This document shows positions 1 through 9,617 of a DNA stretch of 64,000 bases, piece after piece. The DNA lies in contig NZ_JAVZIN010000009.1 of the NCBI RefSeq assembly GCF_038871235.1, positions 1,441 to 65,440 on the forward strand. Direction: 5' to 3'. This DNA comes from Candidatus Hadarchaeum sp. Its GTDB lineage: Archaea > Hadarchaeota > Hadarchaeia > Hadarchaeales > Hadarchaeaceae. Under the pieces are notes generated by a model. The model saw only the letters and a list, made by a program, of their open reading frames with translations, was not told the DNA's origin and ran no database searches. The stretch's first letter is position 1. Each line of letters opens with the position of its first letter. A program made the position numbers and the translations under genes.

Positions 1-2266
1 TTACTGCCCCGAGCTTATAGCTAGCGTCCTCAGCGACGGAGGCCAAGAACATATTATCGTCGGTGATGTTTCTGGGATTGCCCATCATGACAAACCAGGG
101 GTGAGTGTAGGTGCCCATCACCACTGAGGATGCGGTGCCCCATGCGCCTGCGGAGAATTGTTTATAACTAATCTGGCCGGCAGTGGTCCCCCAGAGAAGC
201 AGTCCACTTTGTCCCGTTGGATTCCAAGCGAAATAAGCACAGCGGAAGGTCGAATAGTCAATGGCTGCGTCATGCGATGTGTACGGTCCCCAAGCTGTAC
301 CGCTCCAAAGCATGGTGTCGAGGCCGGGGCGGGTATCAATTATCGTGAGCATAATTGCGTCAGATGTAGGGTTGGAATTGAGAAGAATGTATCTGGCCTG
401 TACATTTCCAGTAGCTACGAAAGCCGTGGTTGTTGGCGCGCTCCAAGAAACACCATTGAACTCGGTCCAGATCATCGATTTGTTTGTTGTAACTCCGGAA
501 ACCGCTAGCACGTGTTTGGAGTTAGTCTCGTAAGCGATGCCTATCGCTTCGTAAGTGCCTGTCGAGTTAGTTTGCGTGAGAACGTTAAAGTTACCCCAAC
601 TTGAACCGTTCCAGATGGCTACGAGGGAGTCAGAGTTTGTTTCGTCTAAGACAATCATCGCGATGTTGTCAGATGTGTTATCAGGGAAGCTGGCTAACCT
701 GATAAAGGAGAAGTTCGGGTTTGTCGAAGCCAGCCCGGTCAGGTCGATGTAATATTCTTCGGACCAGCTCGAGCCGTTCCATATTCTGTACGCTAGGTCT
801 TTTGTGGCGTCGTTTATGTTGACATCGTACACCAGCAATGCGCGACCGCTTTTCATCTCATAGGCGATGTCAAATGGCCTTATGTTTACGGTGGGGTAGC
901 TGGCCCTCACCGGCGATGAGTTTATGTTGTGGTTCTCCACCCAGGTACTGCCGTTCCACACATACACGTCCAAGTAGAGGTCGGCGCTGAGGGTGACCAC
1001 GATGTTCTCGTACGACAATTTGCTCACTGGGTTTACCGCGACCCTGATCTCCCTGATTTCGGAGCCAGCTGAGGGCAGCTCAACCTCCGCGCCCCACGCG
1101 TAGCCGTCCCAAGACCTAACCTTTGGTGATTGGATTCCAAATGTGCCCGTGTTCGAGCGGTACGCGATGAAAGCGCGGCTGCGGCTGCTGGTGTTTTCTC
1201 CGGAGATAAAGCTTCTCAAGCTCAGGTAAAGATCATCATTGCTGATCACATTTTGAATGGTCCCGCTCACGTATCTGGTGTTATCTATCAGGGTGAAAGC
1301 GGTTGGTGTGTAAGAGTTGGAGGTGGCACCCGCGGAAAATTCCGCAATGTTTTCATAAATACTATCAGCGGCTCGTGTATTGGTAAGTGAGCCTCCGGTG
1401 ACGGTACCTTTTCTGGAGCTGCCATCAGCCAACGTCGTCGGCTCGCTCCCCACATTGTCGTATTTCTGCAGGAGAAGTGTTGGAGCAGTGGGTGTCCAGA
1501 TGAGATTTTCTAAGATGGAAGTGCTTTCTAGGTCAAAGACTCGAGAGGTAAAGCGACCTCGGGTATAGCCCGCGATCAACCTCACGGCGTTGCCCACGTT
1601 TTCCGTGTTTTCATGAATTCCTTGCGCGAAGTCAGCGTCGATGGTATCCGAGACGGTGGGGTCAGCGACTATTACCCTCCAGCCCTCCCCCACAGCGTCC
1701 CCACCGCTGTAGCGTAGCTCAGAATAAAAGTAATAATCTGTCGGAGGCGTCGTCAGCTGGGGTGATTTTAACACATACGATACGGACGCAGAGTCAGTGA
1801 TGGGGCCGATGCTCCATTCAATTTTGTTGTACCGCTCGTCATGGGTGGTCACGCTGCCGCCGTTTGCATCAAGCACCATCCAATCGGAGGGGAAATAATC
1901 GACGAGAACAGCGTTTTCAACGGTTGAGGAAACGCTGGCAGTGATTTGAATATTAACCGGGGAAATAGGCGGCACCTTGTGCTGACCAACGCGGTCCCCT
2001 GATAAGCGCCGATCGAAGGCCACGCTGGTGCCATTGATGGTTATTTGAAAAGGTGCAGCCGCGGCAAGGAGTCCACCAATGATTTCACACAAGAAAAATA
2101 ATGAGATTAATTTGAGTACGGTGTGTTTGGATCTCGTTAGGTCTCTAAAATCCACCCGCAGTTTTAGTTTTTGGGAAATTTTTGCCTTGTTTTTTCGTGC
2201 CTTTCGAATTTTCTTCTTCAAAACAACTCTGGCACAAAGGGGTTTGGATCTGGTGAAAATTTTCAT
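1..2266 (-). CDS. Large secreted/surface repeat protein. It is 3'-truncated by the window edge, so the C-terminus lies beyond position 1. The start is uncertain: ATG at 2266 or GTG at 2155
   Basis: The minus-strand frame is open with no stop from 2266 to the window edge, more than 750 codons. It is absent from the ORF track only because no stop falls inside the window. The N-terminus has a K/R-rich segment followed by a hydrophobic signal-like stretch, VLKLISLFFLCEIIGGLLAAAA. There are at least 7 degenerate repeats of about 55 aa, each with a WNGS[ST]W or WxGxxW core preceded by a hydrophobic beta-strand, which looks beta-propeller-like. There are many N-x-S/T sequons. No other frame in 1-2050 carries a long ORF. 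Confidence 0.6.
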   Translation of the reverse strand, partial: MKIFTRSKPLCARVVLKKKIRKARKNKAKISQKLKLRVDFRDLTRSKHTVLKLISLFFLCEIIGGLLAAAAPFQITINGTSVAFDRRLSGDRVGQHKVPPISPVNIQITASVSSTVENAVLVDYFPSDWMVLDANGGSVTTHDERYNKIEWSIGPITDSASVSYVLKSPQLTTPPTDYYFYSELRYSGGDAVGEGWRVIVADPTVSDTIDADFAQGIHENTENVGNAVRLIAGYTRGRFTSRVFDLESTSILENLIWTPTAPTLLLQKYDNVGSEPTTLADGSSRKGTVTGGSLTNTRAADSIYENIAEFSAGATSNSYTPTAFTLIDNTRYVSGTIQNVISNDDLYLSLRSFISGENTSSRSRAFIAYRSNTGTFGIQSPKVRSWDGYAWGAEVELPSAGSEIREIRVAVNPVSKLSYENIVVTLSADLYLDVYVWNGSTWVENHNINSSPVRASYPTVNIRPFDIAYEMKSGRALLVYDVNINDATKDLAYRIWNGSSWSEEYYIDLTGLASTNPNFSFIRLASFPDNTSDNIAMIVLDETNSDSLVAIWNGSSWGNFNVLTQTNSTGTYEAIGIAYETNSKHVLAVSGVTTNKSMIWTEFNGVSWSAPTTTAFVATGNVQARYILLNSNPTSDAIMLTIIDTRPGLDTMLWSGTAWGPYTSHDAAIDYSTFRCAYFAWNPTGQSGLLLWGTTAGQISYKQFSAGAWGTASSVVMGTYTHPWFVMMGNPRNITDDNMFLASVAEDASYKLGAV

Positions 2267-2629
2267 TGATCTTTTGGTTCCCCAGCGGAAACAATTTGAA
2301 AGTTGTGTAGGAAGGAGTCCCCAGGCTAGAGATGGCTTTGTCACTAAAAGCCTTCCCTCCAATGGGGACTCCCCGATTGCCTCGGACGGTCTATGCAAGG
2401 GTGCGCACCCTGAGATCCGCTTCCTACACAGAAACTCTGTAGTGGTTTTTCTCGACGGAATCGGAGAACGAAGTTCTTTCGAGTATAAACGAAAGGATAA
2501 TAAAGAAGCCATATCATGGGCTTAAATTTTTTCTTTCATTTCTTGAAACTCGAATCGGCTTCGAAAGCGATATATCTTGGCCAATGAAACCTTTAATGGT
2601 TTCGATTCAGTAGCACGGGGGATGTTGGG

Positions 2630-3466
2630 ATGGGTGGAAAGCAAGCGGGAAAAAAGCCGATTGGGCCCTTTCAAGAAACAGAGTGGTTAAAGTTAGGAAT
2701 TCCTGGATTCAATGATTTGCTTGAGGAGGGGATTCCAAAAGGCATCAACATCTTGGTTTCAGGTGGCCCGGGAACAGGAAAGACCATTTTCTGTCTTCAG
2801 TCTCTTTACCATGCCGCTAGAGAGGGGCGTGACTGTCTTTACATCACCTTTGAAGAGAGCCCTAGAAAGTTGCAGCGGCATATGCAGCGCTTCGGTTGGG
2901 ATACCCAGGTGGTTGAGGAAAAGGAAGGTCTTCTTCACCTGAGGGCGGGAGGGACAGAAAAAGGAGGTTCTATTTTCATCCGAATGGTCGACCCATTTAG
3001 GATTACTCGAGCAGTCGAGGGGCTGGTGGAAAAAGCCGCAGGCAGGATTTCTATTGAAATGAAGGGGATACCCGATCTTATCCCAGCAAACCTATCACCA
3101 TACTTCATTGCTATAGACTCCCTTTCCGCCTTAGAGTCGGCTTTCATTCATAAGCCGGAGGGTTATCGTATCTACGTGGAGCAGATTTTCAGGGCCTTTG
3201 AGAAGTCGGGCGCGACCACATTTCTGATAACCGAGACTGAAGAATCCCCCACAAGGTTCTCTCGGTCTGGCATTGAAGAGTTCCTTGCCGATGGGGTCAT
3301 CGTGCTTTACAATACTAAGGTGAGAGGCCAGCGGGTTCAGGGAATTGAGATTCTCAAGATGAGAGGGGTTAAGCACGAGAGGAAGATCGCTCCTATTCAG
3401 ATTACCGCCGAGGGTATCAAGGTATTCCCGAGAGAAACTATTTATGGGACGGATGAACTGAAATGA
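2630..3466 (+). CDS. KaiC-like RecA-superfamily ATPase, single domain
   Basis: 278 aa. It has the N-terminal KaiC signature GIPGFNDLLEEGIPKGINILVSGGPGTGKT (Walker A), followed by LYITFEESPRKL (Walker B-like region) and the C-terminal KMRG motif. Confidence 0.85.
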   Translation: MGGKQAGKKPIGPFQETEWLKLGIPGFNDLLEEGIPKGINILVSGGPGTGKTIFCLQSLYHAAREGRDCLYITFEESPRKLQRHMQRFGWDTQVVEEKEGLLHLRAGGTEKGGSIFIRMVDPFRITRAVEGLVEKAAGRISIEMKGIPDLIPANLSPYFIAIDSLSALESAFIHKPEGYRIYVEQIFRAFEKSGATTFLITETEESPTRFSRSGIEEFLADGVIVLYNTKVRGQRVQGIEILKMRGVKHERKIAPIQITAEGIKVFPRETIYGTDELK

Positions 3467-3549
3467 AAGGCGCAGTGCTGAAAAAACCAATGGTTAAAGC
3501 TGGCTGGGATGAATGTGTTTCGACATTTTAGGGACCTAGGCACGATTAG

Positions 3550-5589
3550 GTGGGCAAGTTGAAGCTGGCGATGTTCACAGTAGGTTTATTAGTGATCCTA
3601 ATCTTCTTGAGTACAGTTCCTCTGGTGTCAGCGGGATCGTTCACGAAATATGCCACGACCGCAGATGGTGAGGGCTTTGCCAGTCCGGTAAACGCTATTG
3701 GACCGCCAAATGAGGCCCGCTCGGAGAGCTGGATGGGTAACGAGGGCTATCTCTGGGGCGGTGGTTTTGCTGCCGAAAGTGGGACCATTATAAAAGTTGT
3801 GATCAATGTGGTTTACAAAGTGGATAAGCCGGCGGTGGACGACATCACGACGTTGAAATATTCACTTGATGGTGGCGCTTCCTTTGGCGTTGCTCAACTC
3901 ACTTGGGTTCCGCAGGACACTTATTGGACTTTGAAATCTCTGGATATAACCTCAGATACCTCGGTCAATGGTGGCTCTTGGGACTGGACGGATATCAGCA
4001 ATCTTAGAATATACGTGCAGAATACGGTGAAGGGTGAAGGGGATTGGCCCGTAGATGACACAACGGTAATGGTGGATGCTTTTTATGTGGAGATAATTAC
4101 TTCAGAGACAACCTCACCAACCACACCGTTAACACCACTACCTCAAGCATTTGACTTTTCGATGAGCGCGTCTCCAGAAACTCTAACTGTCCAGCGGTCG
4201 GATTCGGTTTCGACCACGGTGAGCGTTAAGCTGGTTTCAGGTCTTCCTCAAGCAGTATTGCTCAGCGGTCTCTGGGTTGGCACTTCTCCTTCTGGGGTTA
4301 CTCCTTTTATGGGCCCGCTTTCAGGCACCCCCAGCTTCAACAGCACTCTGACTTTTACCGCCGATCTCAGTGCAACCACGGGGACATTTACCTATCAAGT
4401 GAAGGGCATCAGCGGTAACCTCGCCCGCACCGTCAATGTCCAGATAACGGTAGCAGAACTGAAGCTTCCGTCTGCCCCGCTGCCGCTGTTTCCAGACGAT
4501 GGAGCAGTACTTGACACCATCACTCCGACTTTTGATTGGACTGATGTCGTCGCCTCGACCTACACGCTAGAGATAGCCACCGACAATAACTTTTACCACG
4601 TTGTACTCACCAAGACCACCGTTGAGTCGATCGCGTCCCTTTCTCAGCTCGAGGCTCTCACGTACGGCACCAAATACTATTGGAGGGTCAGGGGAACCAA
4701 TTCTGCCGGGGCAGGGGAGTGGTCCTTGGTTAGATCGTTTACCGCCAAGGTTGGAGCCCCAAAGGTGACTGAGTTACTAATCAACTGGGGTGCCAACTAT
4801 GTGAATTCAATAAATGTTCTGCTGTCGATAAGTGCCATCAACGCGGTGCAGATGTCCTTTTCCACAGACGGAATAAATTGGAGCAGCTGGGAAGAATTTC
4901 AACCCACAAAGACGTTCGAGCTGCCGCCCCCTGATGGACCTAAAAATGTTTACGTTCGTGTGAGGGATGCCGCCGGAGATGTTGGACAATCTGTATTGGC
5001 GACGGTGGTGATGGACAGCACACCTCCGACCACGAGGCACTTCATCACTGGAAATCTACAGGGTGATGTCTATCAAGGTTCAGTGGTGGTCACGTTGGTT
5101 GCGGAGGATCAGACCTCAGGGGTCTTAGAGACAAGGTACCGGGTTGACAACGGTCTTTGGAACTCTGGGAATACCTTGGTTATAATTAAGGAGGGTGAGC
5201 ACAGGGTGGAATACTACTCCACTGATCGGGCAGGTAATATCGAGGCCACCAAATTCTTTGATGTCATCATCGCTACACCTTCAACCATACCGCCGTTTAT
5301 CCTGCAGTACTGGTGGGTAATGTTGTCCACCGCCGCGGCTGTGGTGATTGCTGCGGTTTTAGTTCATCGGAGGTTGAAGATAACCAGTCGGCTCAAGCAG
5401 ATAAGGAGGGAGAAGGCAGAGCTGCCCAAGCTGAAGCGGAAGGCGGAGATCGAGTACTTCAAGGAAGGCAAGATTTCTAGGGAGGCTTACGATAAGCTGG
5501 TCGAGGAGTACGAGCGACGCAAAGTAGAACTCGAAAAGGAGGAGAAAATGCTGCTGGCGAAGCTGAGGAAACAGAAAAATACGGGTTAA
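3550..5589 (+). CDS. Type-I membrane surface protein with signal peptide, Thr/Pro linker, FN3-like and Ig-like (YYSTDxAGNxE) domains, a C-terminal TM helix and a cytoplasmic K/E-rich coiled-coil tail
   Basis: 679 aa. The N-terminus is MGKLKLAMFTVGLLVILIFLSTVPLVSA. There is a TSETTSPTTPLTPLP linker. The WTDVVASTYTLEIATD...YYWRVRGTNSAGAGEWS stretch resembles an FN3 domain. The TM helix is FILQYWWVMLSTAAAVVIAAVLV, followed by about 80 aa of KxxE heptad-like tail. Confidence 0.75.
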   Translation: MGKLKLAMFTVGLLVILIFLSTVPLVSAGSFTKYATTADGEGFASPVNAIGPPNEARSESWMGNEGYLWGGGFAAESGTIIKVVINVVYKVDKPAVDDITTLKYSLDGGASFGVAQLTWVPQDTYWTLKSLDITSDTSVNGGSWDWTDISNLRIYVQNTVKGEGDWPVDDTTVMVDAFYVEIITSETTSPTTPLTPLPQAFDFSMSASPETLTVQRSDSVSTTVSVKLVSGLPQAVLLSGLWVGTSPSGVTPFMGPLSGTPSFNSTLTFTADLSATTGTFTYQVKGISGNLARTVNVQITVAELKLPSAPLPLFPDDGAVLDTITPTFDWTDVVASTYTLEIATDNNFYHVVLTKTTVESIASLSQLEALTYGTKYYWRVRGTNSAGAGEWSLVRSFTAKVGAPKVTELLINWGANYVNSINVLLSISAINAVQMSFSTDGINWSSWEEFQPTKTFELPPPDGPKNVYVRVRDAAGDVGQSVLATVVMDSTPPTTRHFITGNLQGDVYQGSVVVTLVAEDQTSGVLETRYRVDNGLWNSGNTLVIIKEGEHRVEYYSTDRAGNIEATKFFDVIIATPSTIPPFILQYWWVMLSTAAAVVIAAVLVHRRLKITSRLKQIRREKAELPKLKRKAEIEYFKEGKISREAYDKLVEEYERRKVELEKEEKMLLAKLRKQKNTG

Positions 5590-5678
5590 GTTAATGAAAA
5601 ATGTGAGACCTTGTGGTCATGATGAAATTTTAGTTTCAGCTTTCCCCATTAACATTTTTTAAATGAGGTGGTTAAAAC

Positions 5679-7967
5679 ATGCTCGAGGGGCTGCGGGAGG
5701 AATTTGAAAAGATTGGGTTAGAAGAACATCTGTGTTGTAATTATCAGAGTAAAAAGGAGCGGAATGTGGCCGTGGTTTCTTTTTTCAGCGCCGGGATCAA
5801 AAATAACGAGAAGTGTTTATTCGTGATGGACGAGAGCACCGAGGAGGAAGTCGTGCGAGCATTTGAAAGGGCAGGTGTCGATGTCAAGGAATACCTTAGG
5901 ACGAGACAGCTGGAATTGCTGAAGTTTGAGGAGATGTACCTTAAGGATGGCTATTTCGATCCTGATAGGATTTTGGAGAGAATAAGAGGAGCTGTGAAGG
6001 CAGCGATTAAGGATGGTTACCGGGGCCTCAGGTTTGCTGTCGAGGTGAGCTGTTCGCTCAGGAAACTGCCCGACTGTGAAAGGCTTATAGAGTATGAGAC
6101 TAAGATAAATAAACTCCTGTCGCAGAGCCGGATTTCCGCGCTTTGCCTTTACAACGAGAGAAAGTTTCCACCCAAGACCTTGATCGATGTTTTTTACACG
6201 CACCCCAAGGTCATTCTTCACGGTTCCGTCTACGATAACCCAGAGTTCCTTCGGCCAGAGGATTTTCTGGCGAAAGGGGAGGTAACTCAGGCGATTTATG
6301 AAAGAGTTAAGGAAACCGTTATCGAACGAATAAAACTGGAGAAGAAGCACAAGCTGGCTCAAGAGCAGACAAAACGGGATCAGGAGTATCTCCAGCTGCT
6401 CATCAACCGAATGCCCATCGGGCTGATCGTTTTGGATCGCGATTTCAAGGTCAGAACTTGGAACCCAGCGGCGACGAAGATACTGGGTTTCACACCTGAG
6501 GAGACGTTGGGAAAGCATCCCTACAACTTCTTGGTGCCAAAGGAGGTTCAGCCGCGGACAGACGAGATCTGGCGCCGGCTTCTTGCGGGGGACTTAACCG
6601 CACACAGCATCAACGAGAACATAACTAAAGATGGCCGGAGAATCGTTTGCGAATGGATGAACACGCCGCTGAGGGGTCCCGACGGCGGGATTTTAGGCGT
6701 TCTTTCCATGTTTCAGGATATAACCGAGCGCCAGCGGGCTGAGGAGGCTCTCAGGTCAAGCGAGGAACGTTACCGGACGCTGGTCGAGACGATGAATGAA
6801 GGGTTGGGTTACTTGGACGAAAACGGCGTCATCCTGCATGTCAATCAGAAGTACTGCGAGATGGTGGGGTACTCAAGGGATGAGATAATTGGCCGGCGCT
6901 TGACCGACTTTCTCGACGATGAAAATAGAAAGATCTTTGAAGAAAACTTCAAAAAGGCGCTGAGGGGGGAGAGGTGCGTTTACGAGCTCGTGAGGCTCAG
7001 AAAGGACGGAGGGAAGGTGTACACCCTTACCTCCACAGCACCTATGATTATTGACGGCAAGATTAAGGGCACGTTCGCCGTTATCACGGACATCACCCGG
7101 CTGAAAAAGATTGAATCGAGTTTAAGGGAAAGTGAATTGAAATACTCAACCATCGTGGAAAAGGGGCCAGAGGGCGTTGTTATCATCCAGGATGGAATAA
7201 TAAAATTTGTCAACAGAAGGTTGTCCGAGATCACTGGAATAAAAGTGGAGGAGTATCTTGGCAATTCATATCTTAATTTTATCGCCCCGGAATACCAGGA
7301 ACTCGCCGCTGAGCGATACACAAAGAGAATGTCCGGAGTTAAAGTTCCAGATCGTTATGAGATCGAGCTCATTGGCCGAGACGGTCGCCGCATCCCATTT
7401 GAGATAATAGCCACGGTGATAGACTACGAGGGTCGGCCCGCGGACATGGTGATACTTCGAGACATCACCGAGCGCAAAAACATGGAGAAAAAGGCGAGGG
7501 AAATGATATATGCGCTGTACGGAATTTCTATTGGAGAGTGCTACCTCGTTCCATCTATTGATATGGCTGTTAGGATTTTTGTCCAATTAGTGATTCATGA
7601 CGTCCCCGGATTGTGCATTTCTCGTGAAAAGCCGGAGAATTTGATTCAAAAAGGTGTTCCTGAGGATAAAATATTGGTCCTCTCTTCAGTGCCGGTAAAG
7701 GGATTTGAAAGCATTGACGGTCTGCAGGAGGTCAGCATGAAGATATCTGACTTCATTCAGAAAAATCTTAGATCAGTGGTCCTGCTAGGTGGACTGGAAT
7801 ATCTGATTAGCCGCTCGGGTTTTGACGCCGTTTACAGATTCCTCCAAGAGAAACGCTTTAGTTTCATGGAGGCCAGCGCAAATCTTTTGATACCTCTGGA
7901 CCTGAACACGTTGTCGGAGAAAGAGCGGGCTCAGTTGACCGCCGAGATCAAACTGTTGGGTCGCTAG
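5679..7967 (+). CDS. Cytoplasmic sensor protein with an N-terminal MEDS domain, three PAS domains and a C-terminal DUF835-like domain. There is no histidine kinase or other output domain
   Basis: 762 aa. The N-terminal 200 aa, HLCCNYQS...NEKCLFVMDESTEEEV...YLKDGYFDPDRIL...DGYRGLRFAVE...LIEYETKINKLL...ALCLYNERKF, matches the DcmR/MEDS pattern. There are three PAS cores: IGLIVLD...TWNPAATKILGF, LGYLDENGVILHVNQKYCEMVGY, and GVVIIQDGIIKFVNRRLSEITG. The C-terminal 150 aa, GECYLV...ISREKPENL...VLLGGLEYLISRSGFDAVYRFL, resembles the archaeal DUF835 family. Family names are from memory. Confidence 0.7.
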   Translation: MLEGLREEFEKIGLEEHLCCNYQSKKERNVAVVSFFSAGIKNNEKCLFVMDESTEEEVVRAFERAGVDVKEYLRTRQLELLKFEEMYLKDGYFDPDRILERIRGAVKAAIKDGYRGLRFAVEVSCSLRKLPDCERLIEYETKINKLLSQSRISALCLYNERKFPPKTLIDVFYTHPKVILHGSVYDNPEFLRPEDFLAKGEVTQAIYERVKETVIERIKLEKKHKLAQEQTKRDQEYLQLLINRMPIGLIVLDRDFKVRTWNPAATKILGFTPEETLGKHPYNFLVPKEVQPRTDEIWRRLLAGDLTAHSINENITKDGRRIVCEWMNTPLRGPDGGILGVLSMFQDITERQRAEEALRSSEERYRTLVETMNEGLGYLDENGVILHVNQKYCEMVGYSRDEIIGRRLTDFLDDENRKIFEENFKKALRGERCVYELVRLRKDGGKVYTLTSTAPMIIDGKIKGTFAVITDITRLKKIESSLRESELKYSTIVEKGPEGVVIIQDGIIKFVNRRLSEITGIKVEEYLGNSYLNFIAPEYQELAAERYTKRMSGVKVPDRYEIELIGRDGRRIPFEIIATVIDYEGRPADMVILRDITERKNMEKKAREMIYALYGISIGECYLVPSIDMAVRIFVQLVIHDVPGLCISREKPENLIQKGVPEDKILVLSSVPVKGFESIDGLQEVSMKISDFIQKNLRSVVLLGGLEYLISRSGFDAVYRFLQEKRFSFMEASANLLIPLDLNTLSEKERAQLTAEIKLLGR

Positions 7968-8184
7968 TTATTTTAATCATGTGTTCGTCAAGCTTTCGAG
8001 ATGTACCCCATGACAAAGGGACAAGTTGGAGATCTGGCCGTGGATTAAGATACGTTCGGTTCAGATGTCCGATGATTTGTATTGTTTTGATAACTTGATC
8101 AACGTTTTCTGGATCTGAGAGTCAGTTTACTATTGGCGGAGACATCTAGGATGTTCGCGGGCTGTAATCCCATTCGTTTTTAAC

Positions 8185-8895
8185 ATGGCTTGGGCTCGAC
8201 CCTTTTCGCCAATCTTCGAAAGTCTATTTAAAAACGGCTGCCTTAGTTTTCTCTGGACCGGCATGAGAAAGATCGACCGCGTTTACCGGGAAATTCTAAA
8301 CCGCTTTTACGCTAAGGGGGAACGCTTCTTCAACCAGAAGCAGCTTTCTCAGACCTGCAGGATCTCGCTTGGCACGATAAATCCGTTCATCAACAAGCTC
8401 GAGACCTTTGGAGCGATCGAGCGCAAGCCGCAGGGATTTCGCCTCATCGACCCCAAACGGGCCCTGATCAGCTGGGCTGTCACCCGTGACTTGGCCAAGG
8501 ACATCACCTACGCTACTTTCGTCCCGACCAGCCACATAGAGCTGGAGACCAAGCTGCCGCGCGGCTCGATCCTTACAGCCTATTCCGGTTTCCGTGCTAG
8601 GATTGGCTCGGTCCCAGGAGAGTACAACCAAGTCTTCGTCTACGCGGACGAGGAGGAGATGCGGCGGGCCTTCAAGCCCACGATGAGGGAGCGGAAGAAC
8701 TTAGTTGTGCTACAACCGGACGAGCACCTGAAGCGGCTGAGCAGCGACGGCGTGGCGCCCCTGGTTCAGATCTATGTTGACCTCTGGCAACTGGGGAAGC
8801 CGGCGAGCCGGTTTGTGGAGGAGCTGGAGAAGGAACTTTCACCAGCGCCCACCCGAGCGTTGGGTGAGGTGGCTAAGGCGCTCAGAATCAAATAG
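8185..8895 (+). CDS. Putative winged-helix transcription regulator (hypothetical). The true start may be the internal Met at 8263
   Basis: 236 aa. An HTH-like segment, YREILNRFYAKGERFFNQKQLSQTCRISLGTINPFINKLETFGAIERK, is followed by a domain of about 120 aa of unknown function. Confidence 0.4.
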   Translation: MAWARPFSPIFESLFKNGCLSFLWTGMRKIDRVYREILNRFYAKGERFFNQKQLSQTCRISLGTINPFINKLETFGAIERKPQGFRLIDPKRALISWAVTRDLAKDITYATFVPTSHIELETKLPRGSILTAYSGFRARIGSVPGEYNQVFVYADEEEMRRAFKPTMRERKNLVVLQPDEHLKRLSSDGVAPLVQIYVDLWQLGKPASRFVEELEKELSPAPTRALGEVAKALRIK

Positions 8896-8923
8896 AATCA
8901 ATAGCCAATGAACCCCAAGGAGG

Positions 8924-9331
8924 CTAGATTTTTTCCAATCTATTGATATCACGAACCGTGTCGAAACCTCTATCAAAGGAAATTATTTGCCGGATATCGC
9001 GGTCCTTCATCACGGCCACGCTCGTTGCGTCAGCGAAGCTAAGTTCTGGATATTTCTCAAACATGTGATATGCGGCGTTGAAAATATTCTCGTCGATGAA
9101 GATGATTTTAACATGCTCTGAATCCATGATTAATCTTGCCGCTTCCACAGATTGTTTCTTGCCGATTTTTTTCCTGATATAGGTGGTTACCTCGCTGAAG
9201 ATCAGATCAGTAATAATGGCTTTCCCGTGAGCGCCAGACAATATTGATTTTAATATCGGCACCGCCTCTCGATGGTGTTTGTCCTTAGGATTGGAGGCCG
9301 CAATCCAGACACCAGAATCAACGAGATACAT
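8924..9331 (-). CDS. vapC: PIN-domain toxin VapC
   Basis: 135 aa. It has the acidic PIN residues LVDSG, FADAT and ISFD. The ATGA/TAATG overlap with the upstream antitoxin gene fits a toxin-antitoxin pair. Confidence 0.8.
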   Translation of the reverse strand: MYLVDSGVWIAASNPKDKHHREAVPILKSILSGAHGKAIITDLIFSEVTTYIRKKIGKKQSVEAARLIMDSEHVKIIFIDENIFNAAYHMFEKYPELSFADATSVAVMKDRDIRQIISFDRGFDTVRDINRLEKI

Positions 9332-9585
9332 TATGTTCCTCCATAAACGACAGTATCTATCTCGGCGGTTGCGTCTGTTTTCGTCCTTGTCGGAAAAGCG
9401 CCAATTAGTTTCAATAGCGGGTCGGGGCCACCTTTTTTCCGGACTCTCACGTAAATTTCATCACCGATTAGAGTCCAGATAACAGTATCTCCAGGGCCGA
9501 TACCAAACTTTTCGCGTATTTCTGCAGGCAAAACTGTTTGAAAACCGCTTGATATTTTAGTCTCTATTTTCGCGGCCATATCCAT
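9331..9585 (-). CDS. vapB: AbrB/MazE-type antitoxin VapB
   Basis: 84 aa. The FQTVLPAEIREKFGIGPGDTVIW stretch is a swapped-hairpin SpoVT/AbrB motif. Its stop overlaps the vapC start. Confidence 0.7.
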   Translation of the reverse strand: MDMAAKIETKISSGFQTVLPAEIREKFGIGPGDTVIWTLIGDEIYVRVRKKGGPDPLLKLIGAFPTRTKTDATAEIDTVVYGGT

Positions 9586-9617
9586 TCCTCAAAATGAATT
9601 AGCATTTTTCAAAGTAT

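Noticed and set aside
2079-2525. Plus-strand 148-aa ORF (MISHKKNNEINL...)
   Set aside because: It lies antisense to the N-terminal and signal region of the long minus-strand surface-protein ORF. Its composition is odd (F/L/K-rich) and no motif is recognisable. It is most likely a shadow ORF.
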